IMG/VR virus record: IMGVR_UViG_3300048851_000184 | Location: 1 to 64,000 of that record | Length of the DNA: 64,000 bases | DNA from: a virus | Taxonomy: Duplodnaviria; Caudoviricetes | Strand: one strand, 5' to 3' | Part shown: positions 19,073 through 27,979 of the stretch, piece by piece | How the letters are laid out: each line of letters starts with the position of its first letter | Numbering within the stretch: position 1 is the first letter of the stretch | Notes under the pieces: generated by a model | What the model was told of the DNA's origin: nothing | Seen by the model: only the letters and a program-made list of their open reading frames with translations | Databases searched by the model: none | Position numbers and translations under genes: made by a program

Positions 19073-22009
19073 ATGGCGACTGACGCACGCTGGGACATGG
19101 CGTTCCGGCGCAACAATGTGCGCACGTTCACGATCCGTCTTGTCGGCAAGGATATGACCGGCAAGACGATGCGCCAGCAGGTGCGTCTGGCGCCGGACAC
19201 GCCCGGAGCGCCCGTGATCGCACTGGAGACTGTGACCTCGGCGACCGCGGAGGGCCTGCGCCTGGCGAAGGTGGAGGTGGTCGACGGCGTGCCCGTCAGC
19301 ACCATCGTCGGCCGCTACAATCTCACGACCATGCGCGACAAGCTGCCCTACGGCGGCGAGGTCGGCGACGACTATCCCATGGTCCACGAGATCGAGCTCG
19401 ACGGCGTCACCCGTTTCTTCGGGCGCTGGACCGCGCGCGGCACCGTCATGGACAGCGAAGGCGCGCCGCTGCAGCGTGAGCCGCTCGCCGGGCGGGGTGC
19501 ACGTAGCGCCGCGACGTCGGAGACAGTGCAGCTGGCCGCGAGCATCGCCGACGGCGAAGTTCTTGAGGTGGTGATCGATGGAGCGCCTGAGCTGGGGGCG
19601 CTGACTGCGCAAGCCGCCGCCGCCGCTCAGGAAGCGAAGGCAGCGGCCGCTTCCGTCAACGGCATCACGCAGTCGAATTCCGCCAACCTGCTCGACCCAG
19701 CCACGATGGTGGTCAGCGGCAAGTATGTCGGGTCAAGCAACGTCATCAACAACGACGCCGCATGGGCGTACGCGAAGATCCCGCTGCCTGCTGACGCGAC
19801 CAGTATTGCGCTCGCGTCGAATACCGAACGACGCTCTGGTTCGACCTTTCTGGATGCGAACAGCCAACCCCTCAGCGGCGGCTATCAGGCAACTGCTGGC
19901 GCCGCGGGGACGAGTTACGCCCGCTCCGTTCCGGCCGGAGCCGCGTTCCTCGCGCTGAACGTCAAGTCGAACGCGATCGCGCAGCCGACCCAAATCATAG
20001 TCAACGTCGGCACGACGGCGCTCGCGTATCAGCCCTACGCCCCGGTGACGCGGCTCGCCGAGGGTGCCTTACCGACCACGACGGCGGACCTACAGCAAGC
20101 GCTGCTGGCCGACGTGCTCACGAAAGTGTCCGCCAGCCCCAACCGCTACGACCCTGCATCCATGCGGGTCGAGGGCAGCTATATCACCAATACTGGCGTA
20201 TTCTCGGGCAGCTCGACTTGGGCGCGTGCCATGGTTCCGGTCAAAGCTGGTGACGTGATAACGATCAACGCCAACGCCACAAAAAGGCAAGGTGCGGCGT
20301 TCTATACGGGTGTCACGTCGGACACTCTTGTCGCAGGCAGCGTGGACAATACCGCGACTTTGCCACTGACCCTGACCGCTCCCGCAGACGGCTATCTCGG
20401 CTTCAACGTCCGCAGCAACCTCATCGCTGAACCTTCGCAGATCATGGTCAACAGCGGCGTGCAGGCGCTGCCGTATCAGCCGTACTCGACCGCGAAACGC
20501 CTGGTTGTGCGGCAGGATGCAGTGCAGGGCGGCGGCAGCACACCGGCGCCAACGCCGGTCACGGGCAGCGGGGCTAAGGCGGTGCTGGCCGCGACCGGTG
20601 CGGGCTATGTGGAGGCAACGCACGAAGGCCGCACCTTCCGGCGCAACTTCCAGCTGGCATCTACGCCGACGCTCGCTGCCCCTGGCCTGTTCAACTTCAC
20701 CTCTGACCAGGTCGATGGCGTCACGCTGCGCGTCTGCTCCGACGACATCGCGCCCTATCGCGTGTTCAGTCCGGTTCGAACCGTCGGCGCCAACCATGGC
20801 TACGCTCAGACGCCGATGACGGTCAGCGGCGGCCATCCCAAGACGGTTGCGGACATCGGGCAGCGGGTGAGCCTGGGTGGCGTCGAATACATGATCGTCG
20901 GCGTGCCAAGCTCCACGGTCCTGAACCTGTCGCCGAACAGCGACAGCAACGACACGGTGCCCTCGGGCACCTTCACCTATGTAGGCGGCGGCTCGAACGC
21001 GAGCGGCTTCAGCGCAACCGCCGGCACCCCGAAGGACATGTACCCGCCCTACCAGAACCGGCAGTCGCGGGTCATAGCGGATGGAGCGCCAGTACCGGTC
21101 AGCAATGCGGAGTACCGCCTGACGCGCGGGCTGACCGTGGCCGAAAGCTATGACGTGCTGCCGAAGTCCGAGGTCATGGCGTGGATCGGCGCGAACGGCG
21201 CAGGCGGCAACCTGGCGATTTCCGGCCGAGACCCATCTTTCTCCGTGTCGAACGCCTATGAGTTCGACGCCCGGGCGAACGTGACGACCTATTCAGACTT
21301 CGTCGCACTCAAGGCCATGGCGCTGCAAGACATCATGTTCGTGCAGGCGGCCAAGGCCACCGATGGGATAGACGGCACGATCAGCTACTTCATCGCAAAC
21401 ACCCTGCCGATCACCCACCCGTCGAACGGCGTCACCTACAACTTCGCCATGATCGCGGTGCCGGATACCTCGGCATGGAACGGCGTCCGGCTCAACGTGA
21501 CTCCGGACCGCACGGCCGCCGGGTATCCGGACAGCGTTGTCATGCTCGGCAACACGATCGGCTTCGCGGTCGGCTATCTACCGGTGGGCGACACGACGCA
21601 GGCGGCCCGGGTCGCGAATGCGACGGTCAAATACCTGCAGATCAACGATCAGGGGCCGGCGAAGGTGTACCTGTCGGCGATTGACAAGGGGCCGCAGACC
21701 CTCGCTCGCGGCGATAGCTTCTCGACGGTCAGCTACCGGGCGTTCTTTGTCCGAGACCCGAAGCGCACGCTGCAGTACCCGGTGTTTACGCGCGGGGCCG
21801 ACTACTTCCGGGTCGCCTGGCACAACACTGCGCTGCTCGACCGAGTGCCAGTCCCCGCCGAGTTCGCAGGGCGCCCCTTCGAAGTCGTCCGCACCGCAGG
21901 CTCCGGCACCGTAGCCGTGAAGTCCAAGGTGATCACCGACTCCATCCTGTTCGATGTGTCTGCGGCCGGCTTCTACGCCGACATTTGGCTGAAGATTGCG
22001 CACTCCTGA
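19073..22009 (+). CDS. Tail fibre/receptor-binding protein (978 aa)
   Basis: AGGGA RBS before ATG 19073; anchor domain, two tandem repeats, Ser/Thr/Asn/Gly-rich beta C-terminus. Confidence 0.75.
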   Translation: MATDARWDMAFRRNNVRTFTIRLVGKDMTGKTMRQQVRLAPDTPGAPVIALETVTSATAEGLRLAKVEVVDGVPVSTIVGRYNLTTMRDKLPYGGEVGDDYPMVHEIELDGVTRFFGRWTARGTVMDSEGAPLQREPLAGRGARSAATSETVQLAASIADGEVLEVVIDGAPELGALTAQAAAAAQEAKAAAASVNGITQSNSANLLDPATMVVSGKYVGSSNVINNDAAWAYAKIPLPADATSIALASNTERRSGSTFLDANSQPLSGGYQATAGAAGTSYARSVPAGAAFLALNVKSNAIAQPTQIIVNVGTTALAYQPYAPVTRLAEGALPTTTADLQQALLADVLTKVSASPNRYDPASMRVEGSYITNTGVFSGSSTWARAMVPVKAGDVITINANATKRQGAAFYTGVTSDTLVAGSVDNTATLPLTLTAPADGYLGFNVRSNLIAEPSQIMVNSGVQALPYQPYSTAKRLVVRQDAVQGGGSTPAPTPVTGSGAKAVLAATGAGYVEATHEGRTFRRNFQLASTPTLAAPGLFNFTSDQVDGVTLRVCSDDIAPYRVFSPVRTVGANHGYAQTPMTVSGGHPKTVADIGQRVSLGGVEYMIVGVPSSTVLNLSPNSDSNDTVPSGTFTYVGGGSNASGFSATAGTPKDMYPPYQNRQSRVIADGAPVPVSNAEYRLTRGLTVAESYDVLPKSEVMAWIGANGAGGNLAISGRDPSFSVSNAYEFDARANVTTYSDFVALKAMALQDIMFVQAAKATDGIDGTISYFIANTLPITHPSNGVTYNFAMIAVPDTSAWNGVRLNVTPDRTAAGYPDSVVMLGNTIGFAVGYLPVGDTTQAARVANATVKYLQINDQGPAKVYLSAIDKGPQTLARGDSFSTVSYRAFFVRDPKRTLQYPVFTRGADYFRVAWHNTALLDRVPVPAEFAGRPFEVVRTAGSGTVAVKSKVITDSILFDVSAAGFYADIWLKIAHS

Positions 22010-22066
22010 GGCGCAGGCACCCACACGTTCGCGACGCCCGGCGCGCTCCGGGCAGGGAGACCTCCC

Positions 22067-22513
22067 ATGAACCCACTCTGGGGAATGTTCGCGGTGCTGG
22101 TCGGCACCTTCCTGCCCCTATCCCTGACGCTCAGGGCGGCTGCGCAGGTGTTCCACGATCAGCACTATGGGCTGTGGCACCCGGTCAACGTCTACCGCTG
22201 GATCAAGATCGCGCTGATCGTGCCCGTGCTGGCGCTGATCAGTCCGGCCGGCGTGTACCTGATGTTCGGCCTCGGCGACGCCGACATGACCGAGCGGATC
22301 GTCACCTTCCTCGCCTCGGCGCGCGGAGTGATCCTGGTGCTGGGTCTCCTGATTGCCGCCTTCATCGTCGACAAGGAGCGGCCGCGCATGATCGACCACC
22401 TGACGCGGCAGCCGACCTCGCGCGAGCACCGAACCCGGATCCAGTTCCGCCACGACACCATGATCGTGCTCATCATTCTGGGGCTCGCCCTGATCTCGGC
22501 CCCGTTTGTCTGA
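22067..22513 (+). CDS. Multi-pass membrane protein (holin/antiholin candidate)
   Basis: GGGAG RBS, about 4 hydrophobic segments, start of lysis region. Confidence 0.55.
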   Translation: MNPLWGMFAVLVGTFLPLSLTLRAAAQVFHDQHYGLWHPVNVYRWIKIALIVPVLALISPAGVYLMFGLGDADMTERIVTFLASARGVILVLGLLIAAFIVDKERPRMIDHLTRQPTSREHRTRIQFRHDTMIVLIILGLALISAPFV

Positions 22514-22878
22514 TGGCCGGACAGAACGTGGTCGCTGCGGCCGTGGGGCCGGCCGCAGTCGCACTGCTTGGCCTCAACATCCCGATCGTGCCGGCGCTGT
22601 TCGGCGTCGCTGGCGTCGTGCTGGGCCGCTACATCGCGCAGTCGGTGCGTCGTGAAGGGGAGGAGCGGGTCACCAGTCGCGCGAACCTGGCGGTGACGAT
22701 GCTGTTCGCGCTGGGCATGATCGCCGTCGCGTCCGAGCGCGAGCTCACGCCTTTCCGAGCCCTGGGCGTGGGTGCGTCGGCCGGCTTCCTCGGGCTCGGC
22801 CTTCTCGAATTCGTCGCCTCGCAGTTCTCTGAGCGAGTGCGCGGCGCGATCGACGGCTTCTTCAACCCGCGGAAGTGA
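22513..22878 (+). CDS. Putative holin
   Basis: 121 aa, 3-4 hydrophobic segments, basic C-terminus, TGATG overlap, upstream of endolysin. Confidence 0.55.
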   Translation: MAGQNVVAAAVGPAAVALLGLNIPIVPALFGVAGVVLGRYIAQSVRREGEERVTSRANLAVTMLFALGMIAVASERELTPFRALGVGASAGFLGLGLLEFVASQFSERVRGAIDGFFNPRK

Positions 22879-22906
22879 CGGGGCCGCAGAACTCCTGCGG
22901 CGGCCG

Positions 22907-23113
22907 TTATCCCTGCAACTCTGGCGACGTCGACGGGCGGCCGTCGGGCGCGCCCTCGGCGCCTCCCATTGTCTCATCCCAGATCTGCTGTTGAAGCTCT
23001 AGCCGCTGCTGCCGCGCTTCGCGCCGCCTGCGACGTTCCGCACGCTTCATTGCTCGGCGGATGAAGATTGCGACAAAGGTTATGAGCGCCAGGGCCGCGA
23101 CGAGCTTCAGCAT
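22907..23113 (-). CDS. Antisense single-pass membrane microprotein, copy A
   Basis: ACAGGTG RBS; N-terminal TM plus Arg-rich tail; paralog at 24444-24671. Confidence 0.7.
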   Translation of the reverse strand: MLKLVAALALITFVAIFIRRAMKRAERRRRREARQQRLELQQQIWDETMGGAEGAPDGRPSTSPELQG

Positions 23114-23370
23114 TCGACACCTGTTTGCGTCCGGCGCACGTCATTGTGCGCTGCAACATCGGGCATGCTGCCTGCCTTAAGGACGGTCAACGAGGCGCGG
23201 ATCGCGACGCGCCCGATGGGTCCCAGAATAGGACAGACGGGCCGCCCCGGCTCTGTCCTGCCTGACGGGGGCCGGGGCGGGAGCGTGGTTGGGGTTCCGC
23301 GCTCCCCGCCGGCCTGAGGGCGGCAAGTTTCGCGACAATTTCCACCCGGTTACATTTGAAAGGAAGAAGC

Positions 23371-23880
23371 ATGGCAACGGCAACTCCGCCGTGGCTTGAG
23401 GCTGCGCGCGCGCTGAACGGCACGCGCGAGGCGGCAGGCTCGGCAAACAATCCGACGATCCTCGGTTGGGCCAAGCGGTTGGGCGCGAAGGTGCTCGGCA
23501 TGGCCTACAACGCCGACAGCGTGCCCTGGTGCGGGCTGTTCGTCGCACACTGCATGAAGGAGGCGGGGATCGTGCCGGCGCCGATCGCGGTCCGCGCCTC
23601 GGCCTGGTCGACCTGGGGCGTGCGCCTCCGACCGGAGAGGCTGGCGCCGGGTGCGGTGCTCGTGTTCTCGCGCTCCGGCGGCGGGCACGTCGGCTTCTAC
23701 GTCGGAGAGGACACGGCGGCTTATCACGTCCTGGGTGGCAACCAGGGCGATCGCGTCTCGATCATGCGGATCGCGAAGGACCGGCTGGTCGCATCACGCT
23801 GGCCGACCGGCGTGCCTGTGGCCGACGGGCCGGTGCAGATGTCCCTGGCGAGCGTGCCGCTGTCGAGGAACGAAGCGTGA
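23371..23880 (+). CDS. Endolysin, TIGR02594-like NlpC/P60 peptidase
   Basis: PWCGLFV (Cys), GGHVGF (His), LGGNQGD motifs; AAGGA RBS. Confidence 0.85.
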   Translation: MATATPPWLEAARALNGTREAAGSANNPTILGWAKRLGAKVLGMAYNADSVPWCGLFVAHCMKEAGIVPAPIAVRASAWSTWGVRLRPERLAPGAVLVFSRSGGGHVGFYVGEDTAAYHVLGGNQGDRVSIMRIAKDRLVASRWPTGVPVADGPVQMSLASVPLSRNEA

Positions 23881-24323
23881 GCTGGGCGGCGGCCGGAGCG
23901 CTGCTGCGCCGGTTTTGGTGGGCGCTGCCGATGCTGGTGCTGGCGGTCGCTCTATTCGCCACCCGCGCGACCTTGGCCGATCGCACCGCGACCTTGCGCG
24001 CGGAGCGATCGGCCTGGACCTCTGCGTTAGACCAGGGGGAGAAGGTCCGTCTTGAGGCCGAACGCCGCTTCGCTAGCAACCTCGCTCAGGCAGCCACCAA
24101 CTATGCCGACGGCCTGGCCGCGCGTCAGCCGATCATCGTCCGATCCACCAACACTGTGAGGGAATATGCGCAGACTGATGCTGGGCGCGTGCTGTGCCGC
24201 GATGCTGACCGGGTGCGCGCAGTCGACGCGCTCGATGCCGAGCTTGCCCAAGCTGCCGGATCCGCCGTCGGCCGCGCTGGAGCCGTGCACGCCGACCCCT
24301 CAGCGCCGGCAGGCGGACAGTAG
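23877..24323 (+). CDS. Inner-membrane spanin (Rz-like)
   Basis: GTGA overlap, N-terminal TM then helical periplasmic domain. Confidence 0.75.
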   Translation: MSWAAAGALLRRFWWALPMLVLAVALFATRATLADRTATLRAERSAWTSALDQGEKVRLEAERRFASNLAQAATNYADGLAARQPIIVRSTNTVREYAQTDAGRVLCRDADRVRAVDALDAELAQAAGSAVGRAGAVHADPSAPAGGQ

Positions 24324-24426
24324 TGCTACTGCCGCCGACGACGACGGGACGATTCGTGACGGGCGGTTCGATCTAGCGGCGTGCGAGGCGAAGCGGCGGT
24401 TGCTGGTGGAGGGGTGGCCGCGTTAA
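24166..24426 (+). CDS. Outer-membrane spanin lipoprotein (Rz1-like)
   Basis: Lipobox LTGC, Pro-rich segment, overlaps 3' part of Rz in another frame. Confidence 0.8.
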   Translation: MRRLMLGACCAAMLTGCAQSTRSMPSLPKLPDPPSAALEPCTPTPQRRQADSSATAADDDGTIRDGRFDLAACEAKRRLLVEGWPR

Positions 24427-24443
24427 CAACTGCGCCCGGATCA

Positions 24444-24671
24444 TTACGGAACGCGTTTTTGTCCTGACGGTGGAAGTGAAGCGGTAGGGGCGGCCTGGTC
24501 ATCCCGCTGCCTGCTCATCGCCTCATCCCACTCCTGCTGTTCGGTCTCTTGCCGTAGTTGGCGAGCTTCATGGCGCTTCCGACCTTCAGCACGTTTCATC
24601 TGCCGCCGCACGAACACGACGATCAAGGCAAGGACGGCAAGAGCAACGATGAGCTTCAACATCAGTATCAC
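24444..24671 (-). CDS. Antisense single-pass membrane microprotein, copy B (start 24671 or 24662)
   Basis: Same RBS and architecture as 22907-23113. Confidence 0.7.
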   Translation of the reverse strand: MILMLKLIVALAVLALIVVFVRRQMKRAEGRKRHEARQLRQETEQQEWDEAMSRQRDDQAAPTASLPPSGQKRVP

Positions 24672-24781
24672 CTGTACGCTTAGGGGCGGGCCGAATTTGC
24701 GCTGCGGCTTGAACCACCTGGCTTACGGGTTGATCCGCAGTGCCGCTGATGGCCGGGGTGGCGGCGGTGAAGCGGTAGGGG

Positions 24782-24822
24782 AAAAGCCCGCCTGCACGAA
24801 CGGGGGGCTGGTGCAGACGGGC
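24782..24822 (-). terminator. Rho-independent terminator of leftward small-gene operon
   Basis: 12 bp stem (one G-U on minus strand) followed by TTTT on minus strand. Confidence 0.55.
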
Positions 24823-24926
24823 AGTACGGGGAACTGCTCGCTTCCGGTTGCGCGCTATCATCAACGGGCCGCTCTAACGCTAAGTTCCGCCCCGGCGCGC
24901 GCATCTGCCGCCCGCTCTGGACGAGC

Positions 24927-25106
24927 CTAGCTTCCCTGCTCGGACTCGCCGGGTCTTTCGGCTTCTGCCGCGTCTATGGCTTTGAGGAGGTCATCAAAGC
25001 AGGACACATCCTCCACCGGATATGCGCGCTTGAATCCAGCGCCTAGAGCTTCCAGGTCGCGCTGGGACAGCAGCCCGACGGCTATGATGTGATTTGAGGG
25101 TTCCAT
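24927..25106 (-). CDS. 59 aa hypothetical protein (not in ORF track)
   Basis: Hand-translated MEPSNHIIAVGLLSQRDLEALGAGFKRAYPVEDVSCFDDLLKAID...; resembles small sphingomonad proteins. Confidence 0.6.
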   Translation of the reverse strand: MEPSNHIIAVGLLSQRDLEALGAGFKRAYPVEDVSCFDDLLKAIDAAEAERPGESEQGS

Positions 25107-25119
25107 TGCCGCTATCCTG

Positions 25120-25296
25120 TCATTCGCTACTTAGCGGCGGCGGCATCAGCCGGAGACGCAGGCGCTGCATCATCGAGGAGACTTCCTCCGGGTTGCGGTG
25201 CAGCCGGTTGGCAATTTCTTCGCCCGGGTGGCCCTGCTGAAGGAGATCCCTAAGCGCGGTGATGTCGGTCTGAGTCCACCGCCGATGCGGGTTCAT
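25120..25296 (-). CDS. 58 aa small HTH protein (GcrA/Myb-like; not in ORF track)
   Basis: Hand-translated RRWTQTDITALRDLLQQGHPGEEIANRLHRNPEEV. Confidence 0.55.
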   Translation of the reverse strand: MNPHRRWTQTDITALRDLLQQGHPGEEIANRLHRNPEEVSSMMQRLRLRLMPPPLSSE

Positions 25297-25392
25297 TGAT
25301 CACCCGCGCACTGGTGCGCGCGCAAGCCCGGCCTGAGCTCTGGCCTGGGTTCAACCAACTTGCTTATTGCGTCTTCGCGGCTCGAAGCGATC

Positions 25393-25641
25393 TCAGGCGA
25401 AGCCCCGGTCGGGATTCTCGCTCATGGCACGGTCTTCCGCGTCCCGCACGTTCGATGCCGATTGTTGCAGAGCCGCATTTCTCGATTTCCGGGCGTCGGA
25501 GCGCTCAGCGCTATCGGCCTCCTTCGCCCATGCCACGGCCGCCACCCCGGCAATTCTCCGGCTGTTCTCCAAAGGAGCGGACGCTGCGAGAGCTAGTTGG
25601 AGGGCTTCTTGGGTCCGGCAGAACGTGACCGATGGCGTCAT
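25393..25641 (-). CDS. Small hypothetical protein
   Basis: GGAGG-like RBS; FCRTQEA...AWAKEA...SENPDRG pattern. Confidence 0.55.
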   Translation of the reverse strand: MTPSVTFCRTQEALQLALAASAPLENSRRIAGVAAVAWAKEADSAERSDARKSRNAALQQSASNVRDAEDRAMSENPDRGFA

Positions 25642-25811
25642 GGGAGGTCCTCTATCGCATCGTGGCACGGGGGGCTCGACGGTTCATGGGCTGAACGGCT
25701 GGCGATGCACTTCGGGCCCGCTCGTTCCGCACATGGTCAGACGTGGCTTAGGCCGGACGGCTGACGGAACGGCGCGCGTCCTCGCGGCTTATTGGCCGCT
25801 AGGAGTTGCCG

Positions 25812-26078
25812 ATGCCCAAGTACCGTTTCCTCATTGAGAAGGGTTCGGAGTTCGAGCCCTCTGAGCTCATCGAGCTTTCCGGCATCCAAGAAGCCAAATC
25901 GAAGGCCGTCATCTTTGCCGGCGATATGCTGCGAGAGATAGACGGGGCATTCTGGCCCGGAGGGACCTGGCGGTTAGCGGTGGCCGATGAGCAGGGCCTG
26001 ATCCAGTTTACCATCGAGGTGCACGGATTCGAGTCGCCAGCGCTCAAGGGGCAAACATCCACTCGCCCCACCTCTTGA
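25812..26078 (+). CDS. DUF6894-like small protein
   Basis: AGGAG RBS; MPKYRF...EA...A...WRLAVADEQG...F.I pattern. Confidence 0.65.
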   Translation: MPKYRFLIEKGSEFEPSELIELSGIQEAKSKAVIFAGDMLREIDGAFWPGGTWRLAVADEQGLIQFTIEVHGFESPALKGQTSTRPTS

Positions 26079-26235
26079 CCGCTCGGATGCCGCAGCAGAG
26101 CGCGACCGCGGTTTGCTACTCGCCTGGCTTGGCTGGCGCGGGCGCCCATTCGTGCGCGGTGCCGTCGCACTGGTGCGGTTCGGGCGGGAGCTTGGGCAGG
26201 GGGGTGATGTAGGGGCGGCCGCCGGTGAGGCTAGA

Positions 26236-26424
26236 TCAGACGGCCCATGCCCACGTGCCGGTGACGATCACCACCGCCGCCAGTACCATGATCAGCAGAG
26301 CTTCGGCGCATGTCGCTATGGAAGGGGGCCATCTACGCGGCCGTGCCGCAGCTTTATCAGCTGCGTATCGGGTCGCCGCGTCATCGCGTCGCCGTCTCGA
26401 TCGCCGGTCGGCCCCGTAACTCAC
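26236..26424 (-). CDS. Small protein with C-terminal TM helix
   Basis: Basic N-terminus, hydrophobic tail; overlaps upstream ORF by 4 nt. Confidence 0.45.
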   Translation of the reverse strand: MSYGADRRSRRRRDDAATRYAADKAAARPRRWPPSIATCAEALLIMVLAAVVIVTGTWAWAV

Positions 26425-26606
26425 GGTTCGACTACCACGCCCGCGCCGTCCGGAAGCTTCTCGCCCGGTGCCAGCAGCTTGAAGTGACAGACCTCCTGCC
26501 CCTCAGGTTCAAGCACCTCGTGCCAGCGCCACACCCGGTATCCGGGACCGGCTGCGCGTGCTTTTGCGAGCCACTCCTTCTGCTCAGCTTTCCAGTCTTG
26601 CATCAT
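26421..26606 (-). CDS. Hypothetical 61 aa protein
   Basis: Tightly packed in leftward run, natural composition. Confidence 0.5.
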   Translation of the reverse strand: MMQDWKAEQKEWLAKARAAGPGYRVWRWHEVLEPEGQEVCHFKLLAPGEKLPDGAGVVVEP

Positions 26607-26608
26607 AG

Positions 26609-26905
26609 TCAGGCTCCGAGCCCGCGGCGGTGCGTCTCCGCCAGCAATGCCATAATGGCTGGATCGTTGGCGTCCCCGCGAGTGTGGCGATTAGCCTGCA
26701 CCAGCTCAATGTCGCTCAACAGCCCAGTGCCGCCGCAGATCAAACAAGGTGACGGCTGAGGCGCTTGGACACTGTGCCAGATCGGATGCACAATGGGGCT
26801 GGAGATGCCGCTGCCGTAGCACACGGGCAGCGCTGGTCGGCAGGTATCATCGCTCGCTCCGCTGTGGCGTCCAAACGCGCTCGCGGCGGCGAGGCTAAAT
26901 GTCAA
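26609..26905 (-). CDS. Small protein with CxxCxGxG-like motifs and C-terminal DP..ALLAE..RR.L module
   Basis: VCYGSG and PCLICGGTG motifs; start uncertain. Confidence 0.45.
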   Translation of the reverse strand: MTFSLAAASAFGRHSGASDDTCRPALPVCYGSGISSPIVHPIWHSVQAPQPSPCLICGGTGLLSDIELVQANRHTRGDANDPAIMALLAETHRRGLGA

Positions 26906-27194
26906 GATCGCGGCGGTGGATCTCGGATAACAGCGCCTCAGCCGCGGGATCTTCGGTCAGCCTGCTGGTCTGCTGGTACGCAATGAGCAAGTTCCTGTCT
27001 TCGCGAGGCAAGAACGCCTTGGTCCCGTCGTCGGACTTACACAGAACATAGTGATATTTGGGCCAGTCCGAAACCTTCCCTTCGACATCGCGCGAGGCAA
27101 ACGACGCCAGCGCCGCCCGGCTTCCGTAAACGCTCGCCCCTTCCTCCGCGGTGCCGCCATGCAGCGGGCCGCCATAGATCGGATATGCCGTCAT
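26895..27194 (-). CDS. Small protein with GGPLHG motif and C-terminal DP..ALLSE..RR.L module
   Basis: GAGGAGAG RBS before ATG 27194. Confidence 0.55.
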   Translation of the reverse strand: MTAYPIYGGPLHGGTAEEGASVYGSRAALASFASRDVEGKVSDWPKYHYVLCKSDDGTKAFLPREDRNLLIAYQQTSRLTEDPAAEALLSEIHRRDLDI

Positions 27195-27266
27195 GCCTCT
27201 CTCCTCGCCCCTTACCTCGCGGCGTGCGGGGTGCAAGGTGGCCCCAGTTTCGGCGTCTTGCATGCC

Positions 27267-27488
27267 TTATCTGCTACCCGCGTCACGGTTAAGCAGCGAT
27301 GCGACCAAGGCTGCCAACTCCGGGGTGACGCACTCAGCGATCCGATCGCCGCCATCGTCGACCACGTATGGCCCAACTGCGATCACCGGCACGGAGAGCT
27401 GCGATGGCGTAGCGGGCCGAGGAAAGAACTGCGGGCCAATCGACTCGCTCATACATGCAATCCTCGTCGCTTGAGCTCGGATCGTCAC
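27267..27488 (-). CDS. Hypothetical protein
   Basis: ORF in leftward run; start may be internal ATG. Confidence 0.4.
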   Translation of the reverse strand: MTIRAQATRIACMSESIGPQFFPRPATPSQLSVPVIAVGPYVVDDGGDRIAECVTPELAALVASLLNRDAGSR

Positions 27489-27540
27489 GCCTCCGCATCA
27501 GACATCTCGCGCACGAACTACGGATCGTTCGGGCAGTGGA

Positions 27541-27765
27541 TCATGGCTTATTCCGCCGGCTTGCAAGGAAGTCCTGCACGTCGGCAGCGTGTAACATCGG
27601 TACCGTCGATATGTTCTTCGTCTGCTGTAACCGCATCAGGAGGACATCGAGATCAGTGATAGTGAGGCCGCTGGACGCATCGATCACCGCGTTGTCATCG
27701 ACATAGCGCTCTCGGAAAGCTTCAAGCCGCCGGTACGCTGCGTCAACTGCCGCCAGGTCCGTCAC
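27541..27765 (-). CDS. Hypothetical 74 aa protein
   Basis: GAGGAGAG RBS before GTG start. Confidence 0.5.
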   Translation of the reverse strand: MTDLAAVDAAYRRLEAFRERYVDDNAVIDASSGLTITDLDVLLMRLQQTKNISTVPMLHAADVQDFLASRRNKP

Positions 27766-27880
27766 GACTCGCTCTCCTCTGCCGCCAGCCTGCGCTCACG
27801 CCGGACGGGGCGCAAGCGGTGCTGGCAGCGCTTGCGCGAGGCTGCGGTGAACCGGCTGCAGCGGTGCAGATGCTGAGATT

Positions 27881-27900
27881 GGGACCGCACCGGGACCGCA
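27881..27900 (+). repeat. Tandem GGGACCGCA direct repeat, candidate integrase arm site
   Basis: Copies at 27881-27889 and 27892-27900, about 80 bp inside attR. Confidence 0.45.
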
Positions 27901-27979
27901 AACTGCCTGATGTTCGTCAGCTGTTCCGCGGTTGTAAGGGATTTTGCGAGGGCTTTCCCTCCGTGACCGCACGAACGAT

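Noticed and set aside
16440-22009. Diversity-generating retroelement acting on tail genes
   Set aside because: No reverse transcriptase in the window, and differences between copies are not adenine-specific
25724-25790. EcfG-type general stress promoters (GGAAC at 25766 plus strand, 25728 minus strand)
   Set aside because: The -10 elements (GCTT, CATC) match CGTT poorly; not supportable without TSS data
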